A stretch of 64,000 bases of DNA from a virus: positions 1 to 64,000 of IMG/VR virus record IMGVR_UViG_3300033232_000045; one strand, given 5' to 3'. This document shows positions 1-8,819 of the stretch, one piece after another (the stretch's first letter is position 1; the number at the start of each line of letters is the position of its first letter). The position numbers and the translations under genes were made by a program. A model generated the notes under the pieces. The model saw only the letters and a program-made list of their open reading frames with translations. It had not been told where the DNA came from and searched no databases.

Positions 1-117
1 CCCATAAAAATAACTTCGTTAAAAAGTCTGCTTTTTTTGTTGCGCTTTTTCCCTGACACTGTAGAATTCAGGTTGTCGAATCAATCGACAACAACCTAAC
101 TAAATGGAGTCTACAAA

Positions 118-777
118 ATGAATGCAATCGTAAATACCCTGAACGCTGCGAACGCTAAAAAAGACGCGCCCAAGAAAGAAGCAAAAACCGACTCTTTCGC
201 ACTTCCCAAGAATGCACCTAAGGGATTCAAAACCCTAATCGACGCGCTCACCCAGCGCGGTAAAACCGAAACCATGCGCGTGCGCTCGAAATTGAATGCC
301 CACGTTATCGCATACGCTCAAAACGTCGGGCTTGATATTAACGAATTCTCCAAGTGCATTTTGATTACCGACGAAAAAGCGCCCGGTTTCGTCGCGCAAA
401 AAGCGGTAGAACGTGCGCTGCTTCTGGTGCAGGGATGCGCAAGCGGTACGCTTTCAACCATTCCCCCTACGGTGATTCAAATCATTGCGGGCATTCAGCG
501 CGACGCGGGCAAAAGCGAGCCCAATTTGTACGCCCAGGGCTTGCTGTCCCGATTCATTGAACAAGAAGACCTAAGCGAACTGCTAACGCGCAAGGGCATT
601 AAACACAATGAGCGCGGGACCAAAGCGGTATCAACAGCAGCAGCCCAAGCATCTAGCATGAAAAGCGCATTGCGCGGTCTGGGCGTCGGGAATGGGGTTA
701 AGCACGCTAGACAATACGGAGATTTAGACGTGTCCCATGCCCTGATTCAAGATTTTAATAAACTGCTTGCGAAGTAA
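118..777 (+). CDS. hypothetical protein, 219 aa
   Basis: Track ORF; GGAG about 9 nt upstream of ATG (tggagtctacaaaATG); no family motif recognised. Confidence 0.6.
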   Translation: MNAIVNTLNAANAKKDAPKKEAKTDSFALPKNAPKGFKTLIDALTQRGKTETMRVRSKLNAHVIAYAQNVGLDINEFSKCILITDEKAPGFVAQKAVERALLLVQGCASGTLSTIPPTVIQIIAGIQRDAGKSEPNLYAQGLLSRFIEQEDLSELLTRKGIKHNERGTKAVSTAAAQASSMKSALRGLGVGNGVKHARQYGDLDVSHALIQDFNKLLAK

Positions 778-780
778 TTC

Positions 781-810
781 ACAACTGACTAACCCGCCCA
801 CTAGGGCGGG
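781..810 (+). promoter_or_regulatory. conserved 12-mer ACAACTGACTAA plus GC hairpin (first copy)
   Basis: acaactgactaa followed by CCCGCCC-acta-GGGCGGG. Confidence 0.55.
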
Positions 811-841
811 ATTCGAAACCCTACTATCTGGAGTCTACAAA

Positions 842-991
842 ATGAATGCTAACGCTAACCCCGAGCTGTTAAACCTCGATCATTACACTGTAGAAGAGCT
901 GACAATTGAAGACATCGAAATAACCGCGCCCGCTTATGACAGCGACGGTATGCGGTGCGGAGAGCTCGACTTGATCAGACTGGGAGAGTAA
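842..991 (+). CDS. small acidic hypothetical protein, 49 aa
   Basis: Internal ATG of ORF 767-991 chosen because 21 nt around it (tggagtctacaaaATGaatgc, 829-849) are identical to 105-125 at the start of gene 118-777. Confidence 0.5.
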   Translation: MNANANPELLNLDHYTVEELTIEDIEITAPAYDSDGMRCGELDLIRLGE

Positions 992-1116
992 CCACACGGG
1001 CGCGAGGGGAACGAAGTCTTAGAACCCTGCGCCCGGGGTCAGGGCCACGCCGCCAATATTTTCGCCAAAATGCAGACCCCCTTATAGTTCCAGGCCGGCC
1101 TGCCAAATATCAGACC

Positions 1117-1344
1117 TTATACTTCCGCAAACCGCCAGTGTTTTTGGTCAACAAAGCTGTGCTGCGTGTCGTCATCGACGAGGATCGCGAAGACCGGAAC
1201 CTCGCCGCCTTCGCCGTCAGGGAAGAAGTCGTCGACGATCAGCTCGCCTGCCACGATCGTCCCGTCCTCGCGCTCGATTTCCACCCGCTTGCCGATATCA
1301 GACCAGTCAGGCCAGCCCCCCGTATCCCAACCCGTCCAATCCAT
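1117..1344 (-). CDS. hypothetical protein, 75 aa, Trp/Asp-rich
   Basis: ORF 1117-1416 trimmed to ATG at 1344, which has AGGGG 5 nt upstream on the minus strand. Confidence 0.45.
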   Translation of the reverse strand: MDWTGWDTGGWPDWSDIGKRVEIEREDGTIVAGELIVDDFFPDGEGGEVPVFAILVDDDTQHSFVDQKHWRFAEV

Positions 1345-1507
1345 GACTTCCCCTATACGACGTGAAGCACGCCACCCCTGAAAACGACCCACAATCCCGT
1401 GCCGCTGGCGCAGCACAGGTTATTGACAGTCTCATACACACTTAACGGCTGAAAACCCAACAGAAAGACCATTGCCGCCTGGGCAAGAAAGATTGTGATA
1501 GCGAGGC

Positions 1508-1669
1508 TCACCAGCGCGCCCTCCATACCAGCACGGCGCATGCGACAAGGATCATGCCGATGACGAGCTGCAGCAGCGGAAGGTCACGGGGAACCCCCCA
1601 CACATTGAGCCCCGCCATCATCAGGATAGAGCCCGCGATGGTGGCGAGCACATCGCGTCCCACCCTCAT
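1508..1669 (-). CDS. small membrane protein, 53 aa, two predicted TM helices
   Basis: Own translation (MRVGRDVLATIAGSILMMAGLNVWGVPRDLPLLQLVIGMILVACAVLVWRARW); below track size cut-off; ATGA overlap with stop of gene 1666-1974. Confidence 0.4.
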   Translation of the reverse strand: MRVGRDVLATIAGSILMMAGLNVWGVPRDLPLLQLVIGMILVACAVLVWRARW

Positions 1670-1974
1670 TTGAGCTCTCCGCGCTGCTCGGCGCGCTGAC
1701 GCAGAATCTCCTGCAGCTCGTCGTCCGACAGCAGGTCGAGCGCCTTCTGGATGACTTTGGCGCCCTGCCGGCCGGCGACCTTCTTCTCGCGCGCCGCCCT
1801 GAACAGACCGGCATAGACATCACCGACATCAACGGCGTCGAAAATCGCGTCGAGCACTTCGCCCTGCGTGATCTTGTAGGTCTTGGCGACCGTATGTAGG
1901 GCGCTACGGGTGTCCGCGCGCGTCTCGATGGTGAAGCGCTCTCGCTCCGGGGTGTTCTGCTTACCAGCTTCCAT
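1666..1974 (-). CDS. hypothetical protein, 102 aa
   Basis: Track ORF in a co-directional minus-strand gene chain; overlaps neighbours by a few nt. Confidence 0.55.
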   Translation of the reverse strand: MEAGKQNTPERERFTIETRADTRSALHTVAKTYKITQGEVLDAIFDAVDVGDVYAGLFRAAREKKVAGRQGAKVIQKALDLLSDDELQEILRQRAEQRGELK

Positions 1975-2308
1975 AGCTTACATAGTCCTTTTCGTTGAAT
2001 TTGTCGATCTTCACGTCTGGCTTGTTCGAGTCGAGGAGGGCGGGGCGCTTCCCCTTGGTTTCTTCAATTTCATCCTTGAGATCGCTCACGGAGGGAACCG
2101 AAAGCCCCGTCATGTCCTCGACAGCGCCGTTGATCAGGGCGATTGCGCGAGTAAGGCGCTCGTCCTTGAGATCGCTCACGGCGGGAACCGAGACCCCCAT
2201 CATGTTGCAGATTGTTTTTGCGCCCAACTTCTTACTTTTGTACCCACTGAAAACTGCGTAATACATCGGGTGCTTCTTTAGTGCGTCTTCAAACTCGTCA
2301 ATTGTCAC
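1961..2308 (-). CDS. hypothetical protein, 115 aa, with internal 30-aa-period repeat
   Basis: Track ORF; repeated peptide G(V/L)SVP(A/S)VSDLKDE. Confidence 0.55.
   Translation of the reverse strand: MTIDEFEDALKKHPMYYAVFSGYKSKKLGAKTICNMMGVSVPAVSDLKDERLTRAIALINGAVEDMTGLSVPSVSDLKDEIEETKGKRPALLDSNKPDVKIDKFNEKDYVSYGSW
2073..2205. repeat. two copies of a 43-nt direct repeat, 90-nt period, inside gene 1961-2308
   Basis: 2073-2115 tccttgagatcgctcacggagggaaccgaaagccccgtcatgt versus 2163-2205 tccttgagatcgctcacggcgggaaccgagacccccatcatgt. Confidence 0.8.
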
Positions 2309-2323
2309 AAAATGTAAACCTGT

Positions 2324-2367
2324 AAAAAGAAAAACCTGTACCCATTATAGGTACAGGTTTTTCTTTT
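2324..2367. terminator. bidirectional intrinsic terminator hairpin
   Basis: Perfect 12-bp stem aaaacctgtacc / ggtacaggtttt with loop cattata; A-run upstream and T-run downstream. Confidence 0.7.
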
Positions 2368-2380
2368 GAACCCAGAAAAG

Positions 2381-2602
2381 TCAGAGTTTTGCGGTAAAGC
2401 CTGTACCGTGCTCGTTGTATTCAGGATCGTCACCCACTGCGTCTGCGAGCTCCTGTGCGCCGTACTGCGACTCAGGGTCGGAGAATTGAATCTGCTGCAG
2501 GAAGAACAGACCCAGCAGCGCCAGGGGATTTTCCGTTGCAAGGATTGTGAGGATGACGGCGAGGATGACGGCGACGTTGATGATGATGGCGTACTGTTTC
2601 AT
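2381..2602 (-). CDS. small membrane protein, 73 aa
   Basis: Track ORF; hydrophobic N-terminus IIINVAVILAVILTILA; GGAG RBS on minus strand. Confidence 0.55.
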   Translation of the reverse strand: MKQYAIIINVAVILAVILTILATENPLALLGLFFLQQIQFSDPESQYGAQELADAVGDDPEYNEHGTGFTAKL

Positions 2603-2700
2603 GAATGACTCCGATATGTAAGTAGTGACTTTACTATACCCGACTTGGATCAGCGCTCATATAAGAGAGGACCGGTCGGATAGGGGTCGCCCATCCGCGC

Positions 2701-4356
2701 TCATGCCGCGCCCCTCAGCAGCCCGAGGCCCGCGAAGTCGAAGTCTCTGCCGGCAGGCAGGATGTTCTCCCCGAAACCCTCGGTATTTTTAACGATGTTG
2801 AAACGGGCGACGGCGTGGTTCTTCGTGTGTTGGTTCCACTCGTCGTGGAAATCGACCACCAGGCAGACATTCGGGCCACCCTTCTTTGCCCGTAGTCCGC
2901 GACCGATGCGCTGCCGCATGGCGACCTCCGCCTTGCCGCCGCCCGCCAGGATCACCATGCCCACCGCCGGCACGTCGACGCCCACGTCGAGAATGGTTGA
3001 GCCGATCAGCGTGTCGATCTTGCCGTCCTTCAGCCACCCGAGATAGCGACGGCGCTCCTCCTGCGAGTGCTCGCCAAAGATGAACGCCGCCCTGACGCCG
3101 CGCTCCTTCAGCATCGTCTCAAGCAGCTTGCCGTGCGCCTTGTGCTGAACCAGTACCATAACGGGCATGCCCAGCTTGGCTGCGCGCTCCGCCTCGTACA
3201 CGACCGCACGGTTACGCCGCTCGTTCTCGCTGACGCCCGCCTTGTAGGCGACCTTCCAGGCGCTCGTACGGTACAGTTTGGCGGGACGGTCAAATTGCGT
3301 AACGAACTTGAAGTAGGGTTTTGCCAGGATGCCCCGGTCGATCAGCAGTTTCTCGCTGACTTTGATTGCGATCGGGCCAGAGCACGCCATCAAACGCATG
3401 TTCGACTCTTCGCTGTCCTTCATGAAGGGCGTGGCGGTGAGCGCGAGACGGTAGTAGGCGTTCCTGCAGTTGCGCATAATCTCGAAGTAGGAGTTGCCGG
3501 ACGCCTCATGCGCCTCTTCGAGGATGACGAGCTCGAACATTTCGAGCACCTTGATGGTCTCCTCGCGTCGGCGCTGCTGCGTCTCGACCCTAGGCTTCAC
3601 AAGTTCGACGATTTCCCTATTGGTCTTGCGCTTGAACGCAGGCAGCTTGCCTGTGCCGCCCATCTTGCGGGCGAGCGTTAGCGCCTTGTTGAATTTCGCC
3701 TCTTCCTCGCGCTCCTTAACCAGGAATGCCTCGACCTCGCTCTCGATCGTGGCCTCACGCAGGCGGGCGACCAAAGTCTGCACCATGCCGACATTGATGC
3801 CTCTGCGCGGGCTCCATTCTGAGTCACCCAGTACACCGACCGCCTTACCCAGGCCCTCGAAGCTGTCCTTCATCTGGTACATCAGGATGCCGCGCGTGGT
3901 CAGGAAGAGAGTGGGGCGACCGATGCGCACGGCGCACATTTTGGCGATGCGGGATTTGCCGCCACCGGTGGCGACCTGAGCGATGATCTGACCATATCTG
4001 ACCAGACGCCGCATGACTTCAGGCTGATAGTCGTAGCGCGGATCATCGCCGAACTCGTCGACGACCGGATTCTCGGGGCCGAGCGGGGCCGGCAGCGGCT
4101 TCCTGGCGCGCAGAACCTTGTAGCCCTTCTTAACCAAGTGCGCATGCACACGATCGGCGAAGCCTGCGGGGAAGGTGCCCCTGTTGAAGTCCAAAAATGA
4201 ACTGCGCCCGTCCCAGCGTCCACTTTGAAACGTGCTGGTGTGCTCCGCGCCGTCGACCTGATAGGAGAGGAGTGCCGAGACGAGGAGCTTCACCTCGCGG
4301 TCTGCATCGACCAGCTTGGCGATAACGGCATTGTTGGCGATCGTAACTGTGCTCAT
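2701..4356 (-). CDS. superfamily-2 DEAD/DEAH-box DNA/RNA helicase
   Basis: Walker A ATGGGKS, DEAH-like LEEAHE, motif VI QRIGRGLR. Confidence 0.85.
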   Translation of the reverse strand: MSTVTIANNAVIAKLVDADREVKLLVSALLSYQVDGAEHTSTFQSGRWDGRSSFLDFNRGTFPAGFADRVHAHLVKKGYKVLRARKPLPAPLGPENPVVDEFGDDPRYDYQPEVMRRLVRYGQIIAQVATGGGKSRIAKMCAVRIGRPTLFLTTRGILMYQMKDSFEGLGKAVGVLGDSEWSPRRGINVGMVQTLVARLREATIESEVEAFLVKEREEEAKFNKALTLARKMGGTGKLPAFKRKTNREIVELVKPRVETQQRRREETIKVLEMFELVILEEAHEASGNSYFEIMRNCRNAYYRLALTATPFMKDSEESNMRLMACSGPIAIKVSEKLLIDRGILAKPYFKFVTQFDRPAKLYRTSAWKVAYKAGVSENERRNRAVVYEAERAAKLGMPVMVLVQHKAHGKLLETMLKERGVRAAFIFGEHSQEERRRYLGWLKDGKIDTLIGSTILDVGVDVPAVGMVILAGGGKAEVAMRQRIGRGLRAKKGGPNVCLVVDFHDEWNQHTKNHAVARFNIVKNTEGFGENILPAGRDFDFAGLGLLRGAA

Positions 4357-5114
4357 GCGCTTGCCTCTCCTGCGAAATGCCTCCTTAGCCTCTTCCTGAG
4401 CGTGTCTGAGCTGACGCCATATTCGGCCGCAACACGAGTAAGCCCAGTCAGCCTGTTTGGGTTTGCAAAGTTTTTTGCCGCCCTCTCAACGTCTTCCACC
4501 GAGAGGGCATCACCATGCTTTTTTGTCGTCAGAATATTTTCTGACGACATTCCTAGCGCAATTCGCGTTCTGATCGTACCCGCTGGGACCCCAAGCCTTC
4601 TTGACCACTGAGCCACAGTCATTCTCTCGCCATCAAATTCGATGAAAACGCTATTCCTCTTATTGTTTTGCTGCGTCACCGCATCTGCCCACCTGCAATT
4701 TTCGGGAGAGTAGTCGCCGTCAACGTCAATACGGTCGAGACTTTTGCCGTCCTGCGCTTCACCCATGTCGCTCAGGAACGCCTCAAAGGAGCTAGCCCAC
4801 CTGTCGCATACCTTGATGCCACGCCCTCCATAGTTTCTGTAACTGGACAAACTTTCGTTTTTGCATCGCGCCCGCATAGACAGCCAGACCGCATAGGTCA
4901 GCGTCTGACTCATGCCGTGGGTTCTGTGCGTGTCTCCATTCCGCTCCCGGTGCAGGCACCCGCAAGACCGGGTATTTCCACTTTTAATGTTCCTAGTGGT
5001 TGCGCGAATCTCTTGTCCGCAATCGCACCTGCACAACCACAAACTTTTGCCAAGATACTCGACCGCAACAAGACGGCCGAATCGCTCGTTCGATAATTTT
5101 GACCTTGGGCTCAT
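4353..5114 (-). CDS. homing-endonuclease-like protein (Zn-ribbon, degenerate HNH-like motif, C-terminal HTHs); paralog of 60752-61345
   Basis: FGRL..C.CDCG..SCGC; YGGRGIKVCDRW; DRIDVDGDYSPENCRWA..Q.N; start moved to ATG 5114 (MSPRSKL); ATGA overlap with helicase start. Confidence 0.55.
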   Translation of the reverse strand: MSPRSKLSNERFGRLVAVEYLGKSLWLCRCDCGQEIRATTRNIKSGNTRSCGCLHRERNGDTHRTHGMSQTLTYAVWLSMRARCKNESLSSYRNYGGRGIKVCDRWASSFEAFLSDMGEAQDGKSLDRIDVDGDYSPENCRWADAVTQQNNKRNSVFIEFDGERMTVAQWSRRLGVPAGTIRTRIALGMSSENILTTKKHGDALSVEDVERAAKNFANPNRLTGLTRVAAEYGVSSDTLRKRLRRHFAGEASA

Positions 5115-5142
5115 TGACGTTTGCCTTATAGCAGGATAAAGT
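5114..5142 (+). promoter_or_regulatory. sigma70-like promoter TTGACG-N17-TAAAGT for the ParB/ABC/GNAT operon
   Basis: Hexamers at 5114-5119 and 5137-5142; same -10 and downstream context as the late promoter at 10056. Confidence 0.5.
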
Positions 5143-5155
5143 AAGCTGTGACTTA
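5138..5155 (+). promoter_or_regulatory. TAAGTCA-N4-TGAYTTA motif copy (degenerate left half)
   Basis: AAAGTAAGCTGTGACTTA, 25 nt upstream of gene 5180. Confidence 0.45.
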
Positions 5156-5179
5156 TATTATAGTAGATTAAACCAAACA

Positions 5180-5842
5180 ATGAAGAAGTTTGAAACAATT
5201 TATTTAAGCCCGCTCGCGCTAAGTGCGAACAAGTTCAATCCGAACGTGATGTCCGCAGAGAATGAGAACCGTCTGCGCGAGAGCATTCGCCGAAATGGAT
5301 TTTTCAAGCCCGCGCTTGTGCGGGAGCTGCCCAATGGAACGCTCGAAATCATAGGTGGAGAGCATAGGGTATCTGCAGCCATTGACCTTGGAATCACGGA
5401 GGTTCCGGTTGTCAATCTTGGCAGCATTAGCGACGAAAAGGCAAAAGAGCTTTGCGTCCTAGACAACGGTCGGTACGGTGACGACGATGCCCTGCGACTC
5501 GCGGAACTGCTGAGCGAGATGGGCTCCGTCGATGAAATTGCCTCCTTCATGCCTTACTCCGATGCTGATTTCGCTGCGATCTTCGCTTCGACCAGTATAG
5601 AGCTCGACAACCTCGACATCCCCGATAACGAGGAACTGCCTCCCATGCTGCCGACCGAGAAGCCGATCCAGACCCATCAGGTCATGCGCTTTAAAGTCCC
5701 GGTCGGCGATGTCGAGCACATCACCAGCGTCATCGAGCGCGTGATGCGGACACAAAAGTTCACCGATGAAGATTCCCTCTCCAACGCAGGCAATGCGCTG
5801 GTCCACGTATTCAAAAAAGGAGCAACCGAAGATGGCGTATAA
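5180..5842 (+). CDS. ParB/Srx N-terminal-domain (ParB-like nuclease domain) protein
   Basis: NPN..., EIIGGEHRVSAAIDLG, VLDNGRY motifs typical of the ParB N-terminal domain. Confidence 0.75.
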   Translation: MKKFETIYLSPLALSANKFNPNVMSAENENRLRESIRRNGFFKPALVRELPNGTLEIIGGEHRVSAAIDLGITEVPVVNLGSISDEKAKELCVLDNGRYGDDDALRLAELLSEMGSVDEIASFMPYSDADFAAIFASTSIELDNLDIPDNEELPPMLPTEKPIQTHQVMRFKVPVGDVEHITSVIERVMRTQKFTDEDSLSNAGNALVHVFKKGATEDGV

Positions 5843-5966
5843 GTGCGAAGAGTGCGAGTTCTGCGTGTTTCACGGCGTCGAGCCTGGCATTTGCGAGGAG
5901 TGCGAGAACGGCAGCGAGTACGAACCGGACTACGACGATGAAGACAGCATGAAGGCGGCAGCATGA
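5832..5966 (+). CDS. small zinc-ribbon-like protein, 44 aa
   Basis: ORF 5766-5966 trimmed to ATG 5832 with AAGGAG upstream; CEECEFC...CEECENG; acidic tail. Confidence 0.5.
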   Translation: MAYKCEECEFCVFHGVEPGICEECENGSEYEPDYDDEDSMKAAA

Positions 5967-6169
5967 GCAGCTTCATCGTCGCAGCACGCCACAAGGACGG
6001 CACCAAAAACCTCTATCAGGTGTCCGAAGCTGAGAACCACACCGAGGCATACGAACACGTTCGCGCATCCACAAGGGCGCGCGCAGTCCTCGTCTGCATC
6101 GAGGGCGGCAAGCCCCTCAAGGAAGCCCCCATCCCCGAAGATCAAGATAAGCAGGAGCAAACCGCGTGA
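5963..6169 (+). CDS. hypothetical protein, 68 aa
   Basis: Track ORF; ATGA-type overlap with both neighbours. Confidence 0.5.
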   Translation: MSSFIVAARHKDGTKNLYQVSEAENHTEAYEHVRASTRARAVLVCIEGGKPLKEAPIPEDQDKQEQTA

Positions 6170-6819
6170 GCGCCATGAACATTAAAATCTGGAACATCGA
6201 TGAGCTGATTCCGTACGAGCTCAACGCCAAGATTCACACCCCCGAGCAGGTCGCCCGTATCGCCAAGTCCATCAATGATTTCGGCTGGAACCAGCCGATC
6301 GTGGTGGATAAGTCAGGGGTGATTATCGCCGGTCACGGTCGGCGTCTCGCCGCAATCAAGTTGGGTATGGCAAAGGTGCCGGTCTGGGTGCGCGATGACC
6401 TCGACGATGATCAGGCGCGGGCGCTGCGCCTTGCTGACAACCGCGTTGCCGAGGGCGATATCGACACTGAAATATTTCGTCGCGAGCTGGAGACGCTGGA
6501 ATACGACCTGTCGGGAATCTTCGACGAGAAGGAGCTGGACTTTGGCACCCTCGACCTGGGCGAAATGGACACGGGCTCATTCATTGAGGATGTGGACGAG
6601 CAGGTCAGGCAGCAAAAGGCGGCAACCGAATCCCATATCCAGGAGACAGCGGTGCGCCAGGTTTCGCTGGCAAAAGCGATGGGCTTCAAGTCGATTTCCG
6701 GCGCCGACGAGATTCACGTCGCACAGTTCATGGCGGAAATCATGAACGACTTCGACCCCGACCCTGCGATCGCCTTTGTGAAGTTCGTCCAAGCATATAA
6801 CAATGGAGATGCAAAGTGA
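6166..6819 (+). CDS. ParB/Srx N-terminal-domain protein (second paralog)
   Basis: IIAGHGRRLAAIKLG and LRLADN motifs; no methylase or HTH domain follows. Confidence 0.75.
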   Translation: MSAMNIKIWNIDELIPYELNAKIHTPEQVARIAKSINDFGWNQPIVVDKSGVIIAGHGRRLAAIKLGMAKVPVWVRDDLDDDQARALRLADNRVAEGDIDTEIFRRELETLEYDLSGIFDEKELDFGTLDLGEMDTGSFIEDVDEQVRQQKAATESHIQETAVRQVSLAKAMGFKSISGADEIHVAQFMAEIMNDFDPDPAIAFVKFVQAYNNGDAK

Positions 6820-7589
6820 GCGATAAGTATCTGATTAACAAGAAGTTTACGACCCGTGTTGCGCGCTCGCCGCGCGTGCTTGAAATTGCTGAAGCCTTCG
6901 GTATCGGGCTCGAAGATAAGGAGTTTGTAATCTTTGACAACCTAGAGCTGGAAGTGCGTCAGGGCGACATCGTCTACATTACCGGCCAGTCCGGCTCGGG
7001 CAAGTCGCTACTGCTGAAGGAACTGGAGACCCAGATGCGCGAGCGCGGCAAGAACGTGGTCAACCTGGACCACATCCAGCTCGACGACTCGAAGCCTCTG
7101 ATTGACCAGATCGGGCACGACACTGGCGATGCCCTAAAGTACCTGTCGATTGCCGGCCTGAACGACGCCTTCCTGTTCGTGCGCCGACCCAATGAGCTGT
7201 CTGACGGGCAGCGTTATCGCTTTCGCCTGGCAAAGGCAATTGAGTCCGGCGCTGATGTTTGGGTGGTCGACGAGTTTATGGCGATTCTGGACCGCGTAGC
7301 GGCCCGCGTCATTGCCTTCTCGATCCAGAAGACCGCTCGCAATGCAGGCGCAACCGTGATCGTGGCAACCACGCACACCGACATGGTGCAAGACTTGCAT
7401 CCCGACCTCTACATCGAGAAGCATTACCGCGAAAAACTCAAGGTTGAAAGCTACGAAGACGCCGCGAAGCATGCCGGCGCCGACCACGTATCGGAAGAGG
7501 ACATTGAGGAGGCGGAGGTGGCGATGCATGCCGCAGGCGTCGCATTCACCCGAGCCGACCTCTACCGTTACCTGCTGGAGACCCTGTGA
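6816..7589 (+). CDS. ABC-type ATPase, soluble, no transmembrane partner
   Basis: Walker A GQSGSGKS, signature-like LSDGQRYR, Walker B VWVVDEF, H-loop ATTHT; GTGA overlap with upstream gene. Confidence 0.8.
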   Translation: MSDKYLINKKFTTRVARSPRVLEIAEAFGIGLEDKEFVIFDNLELEVRQGDIVYITGQSGSGKSLLLKELETQMRERGKNVVNLDHIQLDDSKPLIDQIGHDTGDALKYLSIAGLNDAFLFVRRPNELSDGQRYRFRLAKAIESGADVWVVDEFMAILDRVAARVIAFSIQKTARNAGATVIVATTHTDMVQDLHPDLYIEKHYREKLKVESYEDAAKHAGADHVSEEDIEEAEVAMHAAGVAFTRADLYRYLLETL

Positions 7590-7717
7590 TGGAGGCGCTG
7601 AGAGATTTTCTGAACATGGTCGTCCCGCTGCTTGCGATCGCCGCCGCCATCTTCCTGATGTGGCGCTCATTGAGCAACAAGGACGATGACGACTTCCCCG
7701 GGGGCACGCCCGCATGA
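7589..7717 (+). CDS. small single-TM peptide, 42 aa
   Basis: Own translation MEALRDFLNMVVPLLAIAAAIFLMWRSLSNKDDDDFPGGTPA; start overlaps upstream stop, stop overlaps next ATG. Confidence 0.4.
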   Translation: MEALRDFLNMVVPLLAIAAAIFLMWRSLSNKDDDDFPGGTPA

Positions 7718-7902
7718 CGCCCGAACAGTTCTGCTGCTGGTTGCAGGGGCTCTGCGAGCTCAATGTGCCCCGGGAACGGCCCACAGAGCGCCAGCGGGCG
7801 TCCATTAGGGAACATTTGCAGTTGACCTTCAAAAAGGTCACGGCGCCCATCTACGGCCCTAAAACTGCTGCCCCTGCGCAACACATTGACGTGGTGTGCT
7901 GA
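7714..7902 (+). CDS. hypothetical protein, 62 aa
   Basis: Track ORF, translationally coupled on both sides. Confidence 0.45.
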   Translation: MTPEQFCCWLQGLCELNVPRERPTERQRASIREHLQLTFKKVTAPIYGPKTAAPAQHIDVVC

Positions 7903-7904
7903 CC

Positions 7905-8819
7905 ATGAGCGAAATCATTCTGCTGGACAACCCTGACGCCCTTGTGAAGCGTCTGAAGCACGATAAGCCGCGACTCTCGCTGCTCGATCGCATCTACGTC
8001 GAAAAAGGCACACTCGATGACTGGAAAAAGCTGCATGAGCTTCACTACAAGGCTGAGAACCTGGGCATTGGCCCTCGCTATTGGCGCTGCGTACTCGATG
8101 GGGAAACTATTGGCGTTCTGGTCTTTACCGTGCCCAAGCCACTCGACTCGGGTCGTAACAAGGTGTTCCCGCGACTGAAGCCCAATCAGGGCGGGCGCGA
8201 CAATCGCCTGGTCAACCGCGCTCGCATGAACTGGCTCAACGCGAACATGATCCTATGCAGCCGCAACGTGCTCGACACCATGTACCGGGGCGCGGGCATC
8301 GCCTATCGCTTCCGAAACCTGACGTTCCGCATGTGCGGGCTGCGCTACATCGAGGCGCGCTCGTCCATGAGCCGGTTCAACCCGTTCTACCAGAAGGCCG
8401 GCATGAAGTTGATCGCCCCCAAGCCGTCGAACTGCCACCTGCAAGGGCTGGAGTTCTTTGGCCGTCACTTCCGCTCGCTACCCTCCGACAGCGTGGCAGT
8501 GATGAACGAACTGCAGGGAATGCCCGAGGCAATCCGCGAGAACGTAATTCGCGAAATGCGGGGCTTCTACTACCGCCACAGCTCGATGGAGAAGTCAGGT
8601 GACAAGCGCTTACTTGGCACGTCCAGAGTCGATTCTCTGCCCGTTACGACCCTATTACGTCAGGTATTGCAGCTCGTCTTCGGATCGACCATCTACGGAA
8701 TCTACGAAAACCCCGATCACGGGCGCCAGCTTCCGAGCCGACTGCCCCTTACCGCGTTCGACTGGCAGGCCACCAACGAGCCGCTGCGTCTTGACCTATT
8801 GCCAAAGGAGTACCAGTGA
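7905..8819 (+). CDS. GNAT-like acyltransferase-fold protein (putative)
   Basis: Acetyl-CoA-loop-like motif VLDTMYRGAGIAYRF followed by NPFYQKAGM; N-terminal LHELHY...GETIGVLVFTVP; a GTG at 7896 is an alternative start. Confidence 0.5.
   Translation: MSEIILLDNPDALVKRLKHDKPRLSLLDRIYVEKGTLDDWKKLHELHYKAENLGIGPRYWRCVLDGETIGVLVFTVPKPLDSGRNKVFPRLKPNQGGRDNRLVNRARMNWLNANMILCSRNVLDTMYRGAGIAYRFRNLTFRMCGLRYIEARSSMSRFNPFYQKAGMKLIAPKPSNCHLQGLEFFGRHFRSLPSDSVAVMNELQGMPEAIRENVIREMRGFYYRHSSMEKSGDKRLLGTSRVDSLPVTTLLRQVLQLVFGSTIYGIYENPDHGRQLPSRLPLTAFDWQATNEPLRLDLLPKEYQ

Noticed and set aside
804-822. tRNA-like T-arm sequence GGGCGGGATTCGAAACCC
   Set aside because: There is no complementary T-stem, acceptor stem or anticodon arm around it. 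The GGGCGGG is the 3' arm of the hairpin 793-810. No other tRNA-like T-loop was found in the non-coding gaps I inspected.
1353-1541. 62-aa minus-strand ORF between the 53-aa membrane ORF and gene 1117-1344
   Set aside because: It is possibly real (hydrophobic segment). However, no convincing RBS exists for either ATG, and it overlaps the better-supported 1508-1669 ORF, so I did not call it.
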